A stretch of 64,000 nt of DNA from Gemmatimonadaceae bacterium (GTDB lineage Bacteria > Gemmatimonadota > Gemmatimonadetes > Gemmatimonadales > Gemmatimonadaceae). Positions 29,425 to 39,733 of this stretch are shown in pieces (position 1 is the stretch's first letter; every line of letters begins with the position of its first letter). A model generated the notes under the pieces. The model saw only the letters and a program-made list of their open reading frames with translations, ran no database searches and was not told where the DNA came from. The stretch covers positions 1,440,001-1,504,000 of the forward strand of contig JBJMOW010000005.1 of NCBI GenBank assembly GCA_045803545.1, given 5' to 3'. The position numbers and the translations under genes are program-made.

Positions 29425-30609
29425 CTGGCCTGTCGCCTACCGGTGAGGTGCTGCGCGGGCGCGTGGCGCCGTGGTAGCGAGAAAAGCGCACCATGCGGAG
29501 TTCCGGCCACCTGCCACTGCGAGCCCAGTCCCAGCTGTCCTGTTTTCTCGTCGAAGTTCGCGATGACTATCCGATGCACGAGATCGCCGTATCCGGTGAC
29601 GACTGCACGACGATGGTTCGGCTCGAGCGCGAGCCAGTGCGGAACGTCGTTCGCGCCGAGCACCAGGCGTGATACTTCCCTTGGCGCATTGGGATTGGAA
29701 ATGTCGAGACTCACCACTGCGCTCCACGCGGGTACGGTCACCAGGTAGTAGTGTCCGGCGATTGCCGGCACCGCGCAGTACGTGCCTGGTCTTCGGGGGA
29801 ATGACGACACAAGCTGGCCTGATGGGTTTGACCCGTCGAGCCCACGCAGCACGTAGAGCCCGCACGCAAACGTAGAGACCAACACCGTGCGTCCATCGGC
29901 GAGGAGCCTTGGCTCCGCCGTCATCGACGCTTCGTCACCGCGCGCGCCCTGCGGCAGCTCAAAGGTCTTCAGCAGCTTCATGTCAGAGAGCCTCCACAAT
30001 TGAAGCGTCGGAATTTCGGCGGTGCCGTCCATATCCGTCGTCGTCGTGACGATGCGATCGAGGCGCGGAATTACCACCGCCGAATAGGGACGCACGCGCC
30101 GGTCGATGCCGGCACCGTTTGCGGAAGTCCATCTTACCACCCGGCCACGATTCGTCAGCTCGGCGATTCCGCCCGGCTCGACGCCGAGAGAATCGTGTTG
30201 CATCTGAAAAGTCGCCAGCACGTGGCCATTCGGAAGTCGCACGTAACTGTGCGGATGCATCATGCCGGCGACGTCACCGAACTGTTCAGCGATTCTTGGG
30301 TGCGTCGGGATCACTGGTGTCGAAAATGAAAGTCTGACCGGTGGCAAACCCATTCGCGAAGAGCCGGTGATCGGCCGGCATTTCGTATTCGGTGTGATGC
30401 GGCCGGTTCCTGTGGCCGGGGACGGGCACGGTTGCAATCACCTGTCCGTACGCCGCGGATGATACGCGCGCATCGAACACAGCGAGAAAATCGGGTCGAG
30501 CCGAGTCGGCCGACGCGGTCCAGGCGTAGAGATAGTCACTCGAGGCCTGCTGCGCCGCTATGGACGACGACGCGATCGCGGCGGCAGCGGTGAAGATCAA
30601 TAGACGCAT
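29421..30609 (-). pseudogene. Secreted SBP56/methanethiol-oxidase-like beta-propeller; frameshift at ~30300
   Basis: Signal peptide and DFLAVFD...PHHTEY in one frame, HPHSY...PHWL...PHGALF in another; the frames join with one extra base. Confidence 0.65.
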
Positions 30610-30647
30610 CGCAGAGTGAGGAGAGAGGTTTCGGAACGCGGTGTTGT

Positions 30648-33338
30648 TCATCGGCGCGATTTCGCTTTGAGGTCCTCGAACCAGTTTTCGACGACAATCA
30701 GCCGCTCGGGCTCAGAACCAGGGAGCGGCCTGAGCATCAAGAACCGCTGATCGTCCGCCGCCACATCGTACTGCGGACTTGCCTCGAAAGACCCGAAGCG
30801 AGTCGCAGAAAAAAGGATTGTCGTGCGCGTCACCGAAAACACCGGATTCGTGCGTACTTCGGCCGCTACCATGTTGCCCGCGGCATCCCGGTAGAACAAC
30901 TCGTTACCGCGATGCGCCCAGCGTGGCTCGGTTCCTCCAGCGGTGGACACGATCCACTTGGCGGCGCTCGTGTTGGGAAATGGCACGACGTAGATCTCGT
31001 AGCGTCCACTTTCGTTCGATGCGTACGCAAGCCATTTCGAGTCCCGAGAGATCGCCGGGGTGAACTCGGTGAACCTCGTTGCGACAAGCGGTATTGGCGC
31101 GGTGTCGACGCCCGGTCTGATTGCCATGATGTCGCTCGCGCCAGGGCCCTGCCTGTCGGTGCGATAAATCAGCCACTTACCATCAGGTGACCAAGTCGCG
31201 CCAACCGCCGTCTTCGTTTTCAGCTGAAGCACGGCCTGCGAGCTGCCATCTGCACGTTTCTTTAAAACACCAAGCGACTGTTGAATGCCGTTGGTGTACA
31301 TGACCGATCGTCCGTCAGGTGTCCACGCGGGATAGATGTTGGACCGACCGTCAAGCGTGAGTCTCGTCGCGGGTCCCTTGTCCAATTGCTTGATCCACAC
31401 GTCGCGGCTGCCGGCATCACCGACCGTCAGGGCAAGCAATTTTCCGTCAGGCGACAACGTCGGGAACGAGAAATATCCCACCCACGTCGAATCGACAGGC
31501 TGCGCTTTTCCGTCTCGCGTCACCCATACCAATTCGCCGTTGCCGGCGTTCGCTCCGGTAGCGTAGATGAGAGTTCCATCCGATGACACGCCTAAATCTG
31601 CCGATGCTGACGTTCCCAGACGCACGGATTCGACAACGGTGGTCGGCTCACCTTTCACCGTCATCGAATTTTGATCGAATGGAACCATCATCAATGCTCT
31701 GTCCGTCGTCACGTAAAGCAGGTGCCCGGAGGGAGAGTACCGAGCGAACGTAGCGCCATTCAAAAGGATCCTGTGCTTGCCGGAGGGCACCTCGGCTACC
31801 GCCACAGAAAGGGGCCTTCTTCCCTTTGCGTCGTTCCTCCCGCCGTACACCACCGTGAACAAAACGCCCTTCCCGTTCGGCAGCACGTCGGGCCAAATGT
31901 GGTCGGTCTCTCCCGCCGAACTATCCAGCATCGTGAACCATTTCGGGTGCGCGCCCGCCTTTGCTTCTACCTTAAGAAGAGGAGCAGCGCCAAAGCCGTC
32001 GGCGTAAATGAAACCGTCGCGTGCCCACGAAGCGCCGGCGACGCCCACCAGGGTGTCGGTGACGACAGTCGGCGCGCCGCCCGATAACGGAATGAATTGC
32101 AGGTACCCCGACCTCATGTACCCGACCGATCGACCGTCCGGCGAGAAAAACGGCGTGTTCGCTCCGTCCGACCCTGGGACGGCGATCCCGTGCAGCTGGT
32201 CGCGCGCGCGAATCCATAGCGTCCCGCGGGGAACACCGACGTACGCCAGGTAAGATCCGTCGGGGGATAACGCCATGCGGCCCCAGAATCCTCCACCCCC
32301 AACCATCGCTTCACTGGAATCCAGAACGAAGTTGTAGCGCACTACGCGCTTCGCGGTTGTCGGGCGCATCCATCCCCACAGCGCAGCGATCGCCAGTAGC
32401 GCCGCTAATGTGCTGACGGCATACAGCGGTCTCCGGGAACGGCCGGAAGAACGCCCCGTTTTGGCCGAGGAGCCCACAGTTGCCGACGAAGCGTTGTTCA
32501 ATGCATCCGAGAACTCGCGTGCGGAGGCGAATCTGTCCGCGGGCAGTTTCTCCAATGCGCGCGAGATTGCTGCATCTACATGCGCCGGCACGCTTCGGCG
32601 CTGCTGCGTTAGACTCCGCGGCTCCTCCGTCATAACGCGCGCGACGATCGCCTGCGCCGTTGGCCCGGTGAACGGAGGCTCGCCGGAAAGCATTTCGTAA
32701 GCAACGGCGCCGAGCGAGTAGATGTCGCTTCGGGCGGTGATGGTGCGCTCTCCCATTGCCTGCTCGGGACTCATGTAGCTCGGCGTTCCGAGGGAGAGTC
32801 CCGTCTGCGTCATGCGCGCGCCGCCCGCCTGGGTGACGGCGAGCGCGATTCCAAAATCCGCAACGATCGCACTGCCGTCGTGCAGAAGAATGTTCTCGGG
32901 CTTGATATCCCGGTGGATGATGTTGTGCCTGTGGGCGTAATCGAGCGCGCTGGCGACTTCAGTCGCGATGCGTACGGCGTCGGGGACAGGGAGTTGTTGT
33001 TCGGTCTCGAGCCTCTGGCGCAGCGACTTTCCTTCGACGTAAGGCATCACGTAATACGGTCTTCCGCGCAGCTCGCCCGCGTCGTCGCCAACTACTCCTG
33101 AATCGATCAGGCTCAGGATGTGGGGATGCTGGAGATTGGCGGTGACTCTGATTTCCTGCAGGAACCGATCGGCGCCGAGCACTGCTGCGAGCTCGGCGTG
33201 GAGAATCTTGATGGCGACTTTGCGATCGTGCTTCTTGTCGTGAGCGAGATAGACGATGGCCATCCCGCCACTCCCCAATTCGCGCTCGATCCTATAGGCG
33301 GAGAAAGCACGCTGCACCTGTTCAAGACGCTCAGTCAT
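30648..33338 (-). CDS. Membrane Ser/Thr protein kinase with PD40 (TolB-like) beta-propellers
   Basis: GSGGMA, VAIK, HRDIKPEN, DFG; TM; repeated SPDG/TPDG. Confidence 0.93.
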   Translation of the reverse strand: MTERLEQVQRAFSAYRIERELGSGGMAIVYLAHDKKHDRKVAIKILHAELAAVLGADRFLQEIRVTANLQHPHILSLIDSGVVGDDAGELRGRPYYVMPYVEGKSLRQRLETEQQLPVPDAVRIATEVASALDYAHRHNIIHRDIKPENILLHDGSAIVADFGIALAVTQAGGARMTQTGLSLGTPSYMSPEQAMGERTITARSDIYSLGAVAYEMLSGEPPFTGPTAQAIVARVMTEEPRSLTQQRRSVPAHVDAAISRALEKLPADRFASAREFSDALNNASSATVGSSAKTGRSSGRSRRPLYAVSTLAALLAIAALWGWMRPTTAKRVVRYNFVLDSSEAMVGGGGFWGRMALSPDGSYLAYVGVPRGTLWIRARDQLHGIAVPGSDGANTPFFSPDGRSVGYMRSGYLQFIPLSGGAPTVVTDTLVGVAGASWARDGFIYADGFGAAPLLKVEAKAGAHPKWFTMLDSSAGETDHIWPDVLPNGKGVLFTVVYGGRNDAKGRRPLSVAVAEVPSGKHRILLNGATFARYSPSGHLLYVTTDRALMMVPFDQNSMTVKGEPTTVVESVRLGTSASADLGVSSDGTLIYATGANAGNGELVWVTRDGKAQPVDSTWVGYFSFPTLSPDGKLLALTVGDAGSRDVWIKQLDKGPATRLTLDGRSNIYPAWTPDGRSVMYTNGIQQSLGVLKKRADGSSQAVLQLKTKTAVGATWSPDGKWLIYRTDRQGPGASDIMAIRPGVDTAPIPLVATRFTEFTPAISRDSKWLAYASNESGRYEIYVVPFPNTSAAKWIVSTAGGTEPRWAHRGNELFYRDAAGNMVAAEVRTNPVFSVTRTTILFSATRFGSFEASPQYDVAADDQRFLMLRPLPGSEPERLIVVENWFEDLKAKSRR

Positions 33339-33353
33339 TGTTGAACCCCGCGC

Positions 33354-36020
33354 TCAATTCGAGCTCGCGACCAGCTTCTGAAAGCGCGGATTTTTGCGCA
33401 ACGGGTCAAACCACGGATCGACACGCAGTTCGGCCGCCGATAGATCGGCGGGAATGCTCAGTACTTGCTCGAGCGTCGCCACCGCTTCGTCGTAAGCGCC
33501 CGCAATGACTTCGCTTCTAGCGATCAACTCGAGGTTCCTCGCCGCGCGGAGTGCGTCAACCGATACCGGGGTCTTCGCCATCGAGAGCTTCCCCTCGGCG
33601 ATAGCTCGCTGCGGATCGCCCGCGACCGCGTAGGCGAGCGCGAGATCAGCGTGCAGCTCCGAATCGAAGAACGTTCCGTTCAGGGAGCGCGGAGCGACAG
33701 CGATCACGGAATCCGCGAGCGTGGAGGCGAGCTGGCGGTGATTGGTGTAGAACGCCAACATCGCGCGGCTGGCCAGATACCCAGCCGTCCCGTCCATTCC
33801 GCTCGGAGCGCCGCCGCTCTCCATTAGTTTCAACAAATCCGCATCGGTGACCGACGGCCAGAACTTACGACTGTCGTCAGCCATTACCTGTTCCTTGAAT
33901 TCTCCAGGGTCGACACGAAGCCGGGCTTCCTTCAGGACTGCGAGCGCGCGCTTGACGTCGCCGGACCGAAGCATGACCACCCTCGACAGGTAGGTGTACC
34001 CGGAAAGCTTCTCAGGCTCGAGCTCGATCAGCCGTCCGCAGCTCTTCTCGGCATCGTCGTATCTGCGATTCAATATCTGGGTTTCACAAACGGCGTCTAC
34101 GAACGTCGCGTTGCGGGGATCGAGCTGAGTCGAGCGCGCCATATCGGCAAGCGCCTCGTCATACTTGCCCTGCCGCCTGTGAACGAGACCTCGGAGATTC
34201 CATGGGTCCGCGTCGTTCGGCGCCAGTTTTTGCGCGCTGTCCAGCGCATCGAGCGCGCGCGTGTAGTCCAGAAGACCGTGATAGTAATAGTTCGCCAACG
34301 CGAGATATCCCGTGGCGGACGCCGGATCGAGCGACAACGCCTTGTCGATGGCCGCCTTCGCGATCTCGAGCCGGCGTGGGTTGTTGTCGCGATACCAGTA
34401 GGCGTTCAGCTCGGCGATACCCATCCACGCGTAGGCTAGCGCGAAGTGCGGATCGAGCTCCACGGCGCGCTGCAAGAGCGCCGAGCCACGGAGATAGCCG
34501 GTTGCACTGCTGCCCGTGCTGCCGGCGAGGCGAATCCCGCGCAGGTAATAATCGTAAGCCGCCGCATTGTTCGTGGGTCGCGATGCGAGCGCTTCCTTCT
34601 CGGTCCCACTCACCCTGACTCGCATCGCTTGCGCCACACTCTCGGCAACCTTTGCCTGAATGTCGAACACGCCGGTCGCTTCGCCTTGGTACGGCTCCGA
34701 CCAGACTTGTGCTCCTGTGCTGGCGCGCTGTAACACTGGCGTGATCTTCACCAGCTTGGTACCCGGGCGCGACCGATCCCAGCGGACGGTTCCGGTAAGC
34801 AGATAGGTCGCGCCCAGCTCTTTGCCGATTTGCTGAGGGGGCTTGGTAGTGTTCGCGTAAGCCTTGGAGCTCTGTCTCCCAATCACTGTGAGACCGACGA
34901 GCGTTCCCAGCTTGCTCGAGATCTCGTCCGTGATCCCCTCGGCGAAGTACTCGTCATCCTTGCCGCCGAGATTATCGAAGGGAAGAACCGCCAGCGACGG
35001 AGCGCTGTCAGTAGCTGCGGCGGTGTTCGCCTCAGACGCGCGGTGCCGTCGCCAGTACACAGTGGACGAAGTCAGTAGCGCGAGAACGGCAGCCGCCGCC
35101 ATCGCCATGAACATTCCCCGTCGATCGGATTTCGCGAGCGGAGCGACCGCGCCGACGTGCGGCGTCGTTGCTCCGCTCGGCGTCACTGCTGCTTCGAGCT
35201 CGGCAATCATCTCCGCGGCTGACTGGGGACGATCGGCGGCGCGCTTCTCCAGGGAGCGCATGATGAGATAGGACAGCTCGCGTGGCACCGAAGGACGTCT
35301 CACGTCGATCGGCTCCGGCCGCTCCGTCATGTGTGCAGCGAACGTCGCCTGTGGGGAGCGCGCGCTAAATACCTGCTGCCCGGTGAGCATCTCATAGGCC
35401 ATCGCGCCCACGCCATAAAGATCTGCGCGATGATCAGTGGTCGGATCAGCGGCGGCTTGCTCGGGCGCCATGTACGCCGGAGTACCTAGCGCAACGCCGA
35501 GCGAAGTGAGCGAGGATCCCGGATTGGTCGAAGCACTCAAGGCTTTCGCAACACCGAAGTCCGCGACCACCGCGTGACTGCCGGTTAGAAGCACGTTGTC
35601 CGGCTTGATGTCGCGGTGAACTACGCCGTGTTCGTGCGCGTAAGACAGCGCACTCAATACGTCCCGGAGAATTCTCGCTGCGTCCTGCACCGGCAGTTCT
35701 CCCGTTCGTGCGAGTCTCGCACGCAACGATTCCCCCTCGATAAACGGCATCGTGTAGTAGGGAAGACCGTCACTAATTCCCGCTGCGTGAACCGGGACTA
35801 TGTGCGGGTGCTGGAGCCTGGCCGCGAGTTGAATTTCGCGCCGGAAGCGCTCGACGTTTACTGTGGCGGCAAGGTCGGGCGGGAGTACCTTGATGACGAC
35901 TTTTCGCCCGAGTGAAACCTCTTCGGCGAGGAACACGCGCGACATCCCGCCACCGCCAAGCTCGCGCTCGACTATATAGTTGTTGCCAAGCGTGCGTTGA
36001 AGCTGCTCCCTCAGGTCCGT
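33354..36020 (-). CDS. Membrane Ser/Thr protein kinase with TolB-N-like and TPR domains (paralog of 26755-29424; canonical start missing)
   Basis: Frame open to TDLREQLQRTLG...ELGGGGMS, matching the paralog N-terminus; the first ATG (35945) lies inside the Gly loop. Confidence 0.88.
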   Translation of the reverse strand, partial: TDLREQLQRTLGNNYIVERELGGGGMSRVFLAEEVSLGRKVVIKVLPPDLAATVNVERFRREIQLAARLQHPHIVPVHAAGISDGLPYYTMPFIEGESLRARLARTGELPVQDAARILRDVLSALSYAHEHGVVHRDIKPDNVLLTGSHAVVADFGVAKALSASTNPGSSLTSLGVALGTPAYMAPEQAAADPTTDHRADLYGVGAMAYEMLTGQQVFSARSPQATFAAHMTERPEPIDVRRPSVPRELSYLIMRSLEKRAADRPQSAAEMIAELEAAVTPSGATTPHVGAVAPLAKSDRRGMFMAMAAAAVLALLTSSTVYWRRHRASEANTAAATDSAPSLAVLPFDNLGGKDDEYFAEGITDEISSKLGTLVGLTVIGRQSSKAYANTTKPPQQIGKELGATYLLTGTVRWDRSRPGTKLVKITPVLQRASTGAQVWSEPYQGEATGVFDIQAKVAESVAQAMRVRVSGTEKEALASRPTNNAAAYDYYLRGIRLAGSTGSSATGYLRGSALLQRAVELDPHFALAYAWMGIAELNAYWYRDNNPRRLEIAKAAIDKALSLDPASATGYLALANYYYHGLLDYTRALDALDSAQKLAPNDADPWNLRGLVHRRQGKYDEALADMARSTQLDPRNATFVDAVCETQILNRRYDDAEKSCGRLIELEPEKLSGYTYLSRVVMLRSGDVKRALAVLKEARLRVDPGEFKEQVMADDSRKFWPSVTDADLLKLMESGGAPSGMDGTAGYLASRAMLAFYTNHRQLASTLADSVIAVAPRSLNGTFFDSELHADLALAYAVAGDPQRAIAEGKLSMAKTPVSVDALRAARNLELIARSEVIAGAYDEAVATLEQVLSIPADLSAAELRVDPWFDPLRKNPRFQKLVASSN

Positions 36021-36221
36021 CGCGGAGTCCCCCGGTTACTTGCAAATCCTAATGTAGGAGCGCTCCAGCTTTGCGGCCAACATTTGTTTGGCGTAGTGCA
36101 ACCCTTTGGTGATGATCAGGTTCTGGCAAGCACTTTAAACGAAGCGAGCAGCAGAAGGGTGATTGAAGCAGCAACGTGGTTGAGGCCCGGCACGCGAGGA
36201 GTTCCGCGATTCGCCCGCGCT

Positions 36222-36710
36222 TTACGGACGCTGAGCTGGCCCGGGATAGACGCTCGCTAACAACCGCCACGCGTTGCCCTCGCGCACCCAAGTGGAAATG
36301 AAGACACCTTTGCCGCGGAGTTTCTGTCCGACCGCAGTGGTGCGCTGCGTGTACTCGCCGCTGACAACGGCGTAATCACTCAAGAGGTGAACATGCACAT
36401 GGGCGTAGGTCACCGAGTCGTACGGCTGTTGATGCTGTGCACGGCTGGTCTCGACCCACTGCTGCTTCGTGAATACTAAGCCCTTTGGCGCGATAAATCG
36501 GAAGCTATCATCCATTAAGGCGGCGGAGGCCTCGACCTCACCTCGGAGCGCCGTCTGGACCCAGGCGGCCTGGAGCGCCAGGATGGAGTCTTCGGCTGGC
36601 GTGAGGCGCATGTCCTGTGTCGCGGTCGGCCTCGACGAGGACGTCAGGCCACCGCAGGCGCCGACACTGGCAACGAGTGATAGGAGTAGAACGATTGTCT
36701 TCCGGTGCAT
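36222..36710 (-). CDS. NTF2-like / DUF4440 lipoprotein
   Basis: Lipobox VGAC; D.F.FI..KG...TK..W and W.R.G..WRL motifs; SD AGGAG. Confidence 0.8.
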   Translation of the reverse strand: MHRKTIVLLLSLVASVGACGGLTSSSRPTATQDMRLTPAEDSILALQAAWVQTALRGEVEASAALMDDSFRFIAPKGLVFTKQQWVETSRAQHQQPYDSVTYAHVHVHLLSDYAVVSGEYTQRTTAVGQKLRGKGVFISTWVREGNAWRLLASVYPGPAQRP

Positions 36711-36754
36711 AGGATCTCCTTAAGGAGAGTGCCGGGAAAAAGATTTCGATGCCG

Positions 36755-36980
36755 TTACCCGGTCGATCGCGGCATTCTGCATCCGGCAAAGTTTTCCGGA
36801 GAGATCAACGGACAGACGATGACGCTGACTGTCATGCTCACTGATACCAATCGCCTGCTCGGACCGGTGACACTGATCTATGGTAACGAGCCGAAGATGG
36901 GGCCATGTCCGATTTGTCGCGTCCCAAAAAGTCGCATCGAACAACTGAACCAGCAGCGGCGGGCTTCCTCGACACCTTGA
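36755..36980 (+). pseudogene. C-terminal fragment of a hypothetical protein
   Basis: Protein-like HPAKFSGEINGQTMTLTV...GPCPICR with no credible start or RBS, abutting the divergent DUF4440 gene. Confidence 0.4.
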
Positions 36981-37003
36981 TTGAAGCGGCATACCTTGCG
37001 GGT

Positions 37004-37516
37004 ATGAAAACACAAATTGGTTTCTTCATCGTTGCATCCCTCATCGCTGTTTCGCCACGCGATGTCGTCGCTCAACAGGCGTCGCCACCAGCTGCCCTCG
37101 ACCTGACGGGAACCTGGATCATCAACCGCGCCAAGAGCGATTTCGGCACGTTGCCGCCGCCGACGATTGATTCCTCGGTCGTTACCCGCGTCGGAACAAT
37201 GTACGAGATCGATGCCACGAATGATTTCGGCGGCCAGGGTACTCAACATCGCGTGATCAAGTGGCCGGTCGGCGCAGGAGAGACGACGACTGATCTTGGC
37301 AATGGCGCGACAATGCAGACCACGACCAAGCTCGCTAACGACACGGCGACGTTCGTCAGCAAAATATCGGTACAAGGTCAAGCTGTCGCGCTTCAGAGCG
37401 GTCGCGTGTACTTATCAGCGGATAAGAAGACTCTCACCCGCGAAATGGACATCCAGCCGCTGGCCGGTCCGAGCACCGATCCGCTCCATTTCCGAATGGT
37501 TTACGATCGCAAATGA
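37004..37516 (+). CDS. Secreted beta-barrel hypothetical protein
   Basis: Signal peptide; DLTGTWIINRAKSDFG and LSADKKTLT...VYDRK motifs. Confidence 0.75.
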   Translation: MKTQIGFFIVASLIAVSPRDVVAQQASPPAALDLTGTWIINRAKSDFGTLPPPTIDSSVVTRVGTMYEIDATNDFGGQGTQHRVIKWPVGAGETTTDLGNGATMQTTTKLANDTATFVSKISVQGQAVALQSGRVYLSADKKTLTREMDIQPLAGPSTDPLHFRMVYDRK

Positions 37517-37549
37517 GGTGACAGCGCCGGCGTAGCCCGTCGAAGCATG

Positions 37550-38884
37550 CTACTCCGCGCCGTTGGTCGGACACTTCTCCGGCATGGTTTCGTAGTGCGG
37601 TTGCCGGCCATAGATATTGGCACCAGGAACGAACCAGCCTTCGCGCCCATCTTTCGCACGCACCTTCACCCACCACTGCGAGTTGATCGGGCGTACCAGA
37701 TCGTATCCACGCTCGGCATACATCCCGATGTCATCCGGGTCGCCATTGCCGAAGAAAAAGTCGCCGCCGGCTTCCTTGCCGCGGAAGTACCAAAGTCCAC
37801 CGCCCTCTGAACCATACATCAGGGGGTATAGAGTATCCGCCGGCGTGAAATAATACGTCCATCCCTCTGCCTCGATCTTCACGTTTCGCCTGAAGACGAC
37901 CATCCCGGCCTGCATCACATGCATTTCGCCGGTGACGGCGGTGAACCTGTCACCTCGCTTCAGCATGAACGCCGTGCGCGCCGTCGTTCCAGGCTCGGCG
38001 AAAATCCGCGTCGTATCACACGTCAGCCATTCACCGAATGAGCAACCCTCGTACTGGCAGATGTCTTTGTAAACCATCGGAACCTTCGGCTCTGGATTGC
38101 CTTCGACCAGGAATGTTGAGGGCAGCTTCGAAATCGAATCGGCAAGCTGTCGCAGTTTTTCGGTCGTGACACGCTCATCCCACACGACTGCCATTCTTTC
38201 GACATCCGACGAGCGAACGGGAAGCCACGGAGTGTAAGGCTTTAATGATCCGTCGGTGTTCCAGCCAGTCAGGTGGGCCGGCTTTTCGCAGACCGTCCAG
38301 GTACTGTCTTTCACGCTGCTGCTTACGACCAGAGAGACGGTGTCCCGCGTCACGTTGACGCTGCCATGCCATTTTGCATCGACGCCGCGCTGCAGCAAGG
38401 CAACGCGTGTAATCTCCGCATCCGCGTTGACTCTTCTGACATAATGATCATCGCCGGCATAAGCGATCTTTATCACGCGCGGACGAACGAATGCGAAGCG
38501 CACGTCGGCACTTGTATATCGTCGCACCGAAGTCGTGTCGTAGAATCGGCAAGGATTTCCATATTGGGGCGACGGTCCACTCGCAGTGAACTCCTCGGAG
38601 TGGAGTCGCGCCTCGAGTACCGTTTTAACTGCCGTGAGATCTTCGCGGCCGAAGTCGGTGCCCGTGGTGTCGGTGACAACGAGCGAATCGTTCGGGATCA
38701 CGATGACGGTATCCGAAGGTTCCTCCGAGCCGACAGTCGCAGACGATTGTGACGTGCCCGGTTGCGCGGAGGCCGGTTGAGGCGAAACCTGCGCAGCATT
38801 GCGTGCGGGCTGTGCTGCGCGCTCACATGAAATGATGAGCGGCACACAGAGCGCAGTCAGGACAAGCGCGTAACGCTTTGGCAT
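37550..38884 (-). CDS. Hypothetical lipoprotein with C-terminal SH3-like segment
   Basis: Lipobox IISC; CQYEGC..GEW; WWVKVR..DG.EGW. Confidence 0.7.
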   Translation of the reverse strand: MPKRYALVLTALCVPLIISCERAAQPARNAAQVSPQPASAQPGTSQSSATVGSEEPSDTVIVIPNDSLVVTDTTGTDFGREDLTAVKTVLEARLHSEEFTASGPSPQYGNPCRFYDTTSVRRYTSADVRFAFVRPRVIKIAYAGDDHYVRRVNADAEITRVALLQRGVDAKWHGSVNVTRDTVSLVVSSSVKDSTWTVCEKPAHLTGWNTDGSLKPYTPWLPVRSSDVERMAVVWDERVTTEKLRQLADSISKLPSTFLVEGNPEPKVPMVYKDICQYEGCSFGEWLTCDTTRIFAEPGTTARTAFMLKRGDRFTAVTGEMHVMQAGMVVFRRNVKIEAEGWTYYFTPADTLYPLMYGSEGGGLWYFRGKEAGGDFFFGNGDPDDIGMYAERGYDLVRPINSQWWVKVRAKDGREGWFVPGANIYGRQPHYETMPEKCPTNGAE

Positions 38885-39002
38885 ACTCTAAGACGGTCGC
38901 GATCGATATCGCGCAACCGCTTCTTCGACCGCGATCGAGGTAAGAAAAAGGTGGCCGCGACCTTGGCAAAATCGTCTTATAACACCAGTAATTCAGTTCC
39001 GC

Positions 39003-39710
39003 TTGACGCTCGAATTCGAGGAGCTAGTAGTGCCTCTGGCTCGCACCAAATCCTTTTTAGTTCTTATCGCCGCCTCGTCGGCGATCGTTGGCAGCGCTCC
39101 TGCTCAACAAGCGACTCCGGGAAATACCCTGGCCGGCGCGCAGGCATTCATCACTCCCGACTCGGCGCGCTTCGTGTTCCCGCGTCAGGCAAATGATTCG
39201 TACGAGTGGGACGTGCCAATCTCCGAGGATCACGGCGGCGGCGGCTACGTGTGGGATGTGAGCTGGGAGACTCCCGCCGACAGAAAAGGAATCGATCCGT
39301 GTGCGCTCTGGGTCGTTCAGTATCCGAAGTCCGGTGGGCCGCGACATGGGCCGCTCAAGGCGCTGATCGAGTGGCTGAGGATCGAGCCGATGGTCAGAAG
39401 CACGAAGGACCTTTCCAACGTCGAAGCGGTGCGCAAAGTCGATCGCAAGAACGTGTTCGCAACACTCGAGGACGGGCGGCTGGTTTTTATCGTCCGTGGT
39501 GCTGACGCGGTCCGAAACATTTTTCCGACGATTCCATCGCAGGTCACGTTCAGGGCGATCATCGAGTCGACCAGAACCCCGCAGCACCGGTGGGGCGCCG
39601 GATCGGTACACGACTATAAGACAGTCATCGTCAACGATCCGCATTCGCCCGACATCGCCGAGACTCGGCGCAGCAAGTGTGACAACATCGGAGATGATCC
39701 GAACGGATAG
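39003..39710 (+). CDS. Hypothetical secreted protein
   Basis: Signal-like LVLIAASSAIVGSAPA; fills the gap between neighbouring genes. Confidence 0.55.
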   Translation: MTLEFEELVVPLARTKSFLVLIAASSAIVGSAPAQQATPGNTLAGAQAFITPDSARFVFPRQANDSYEWDVPISEDHGGGGYVWDVSWETPADRKGIDPCALWVVQYPKSGGPRHGPLKALIEWLRIEPMVRSTKDLSNVEAVRKVDRKNVFATLEDGRLVFIVRGADAVRNIFPTIPSQVTFRAIIESTRTPQHRWGAGSVHDYKTVIVNDPHSPDIAETRRSKCDNIGDDPNG

Positions 39711-39733
39711 TCTCGGAGCGCGACATCGTCCAA

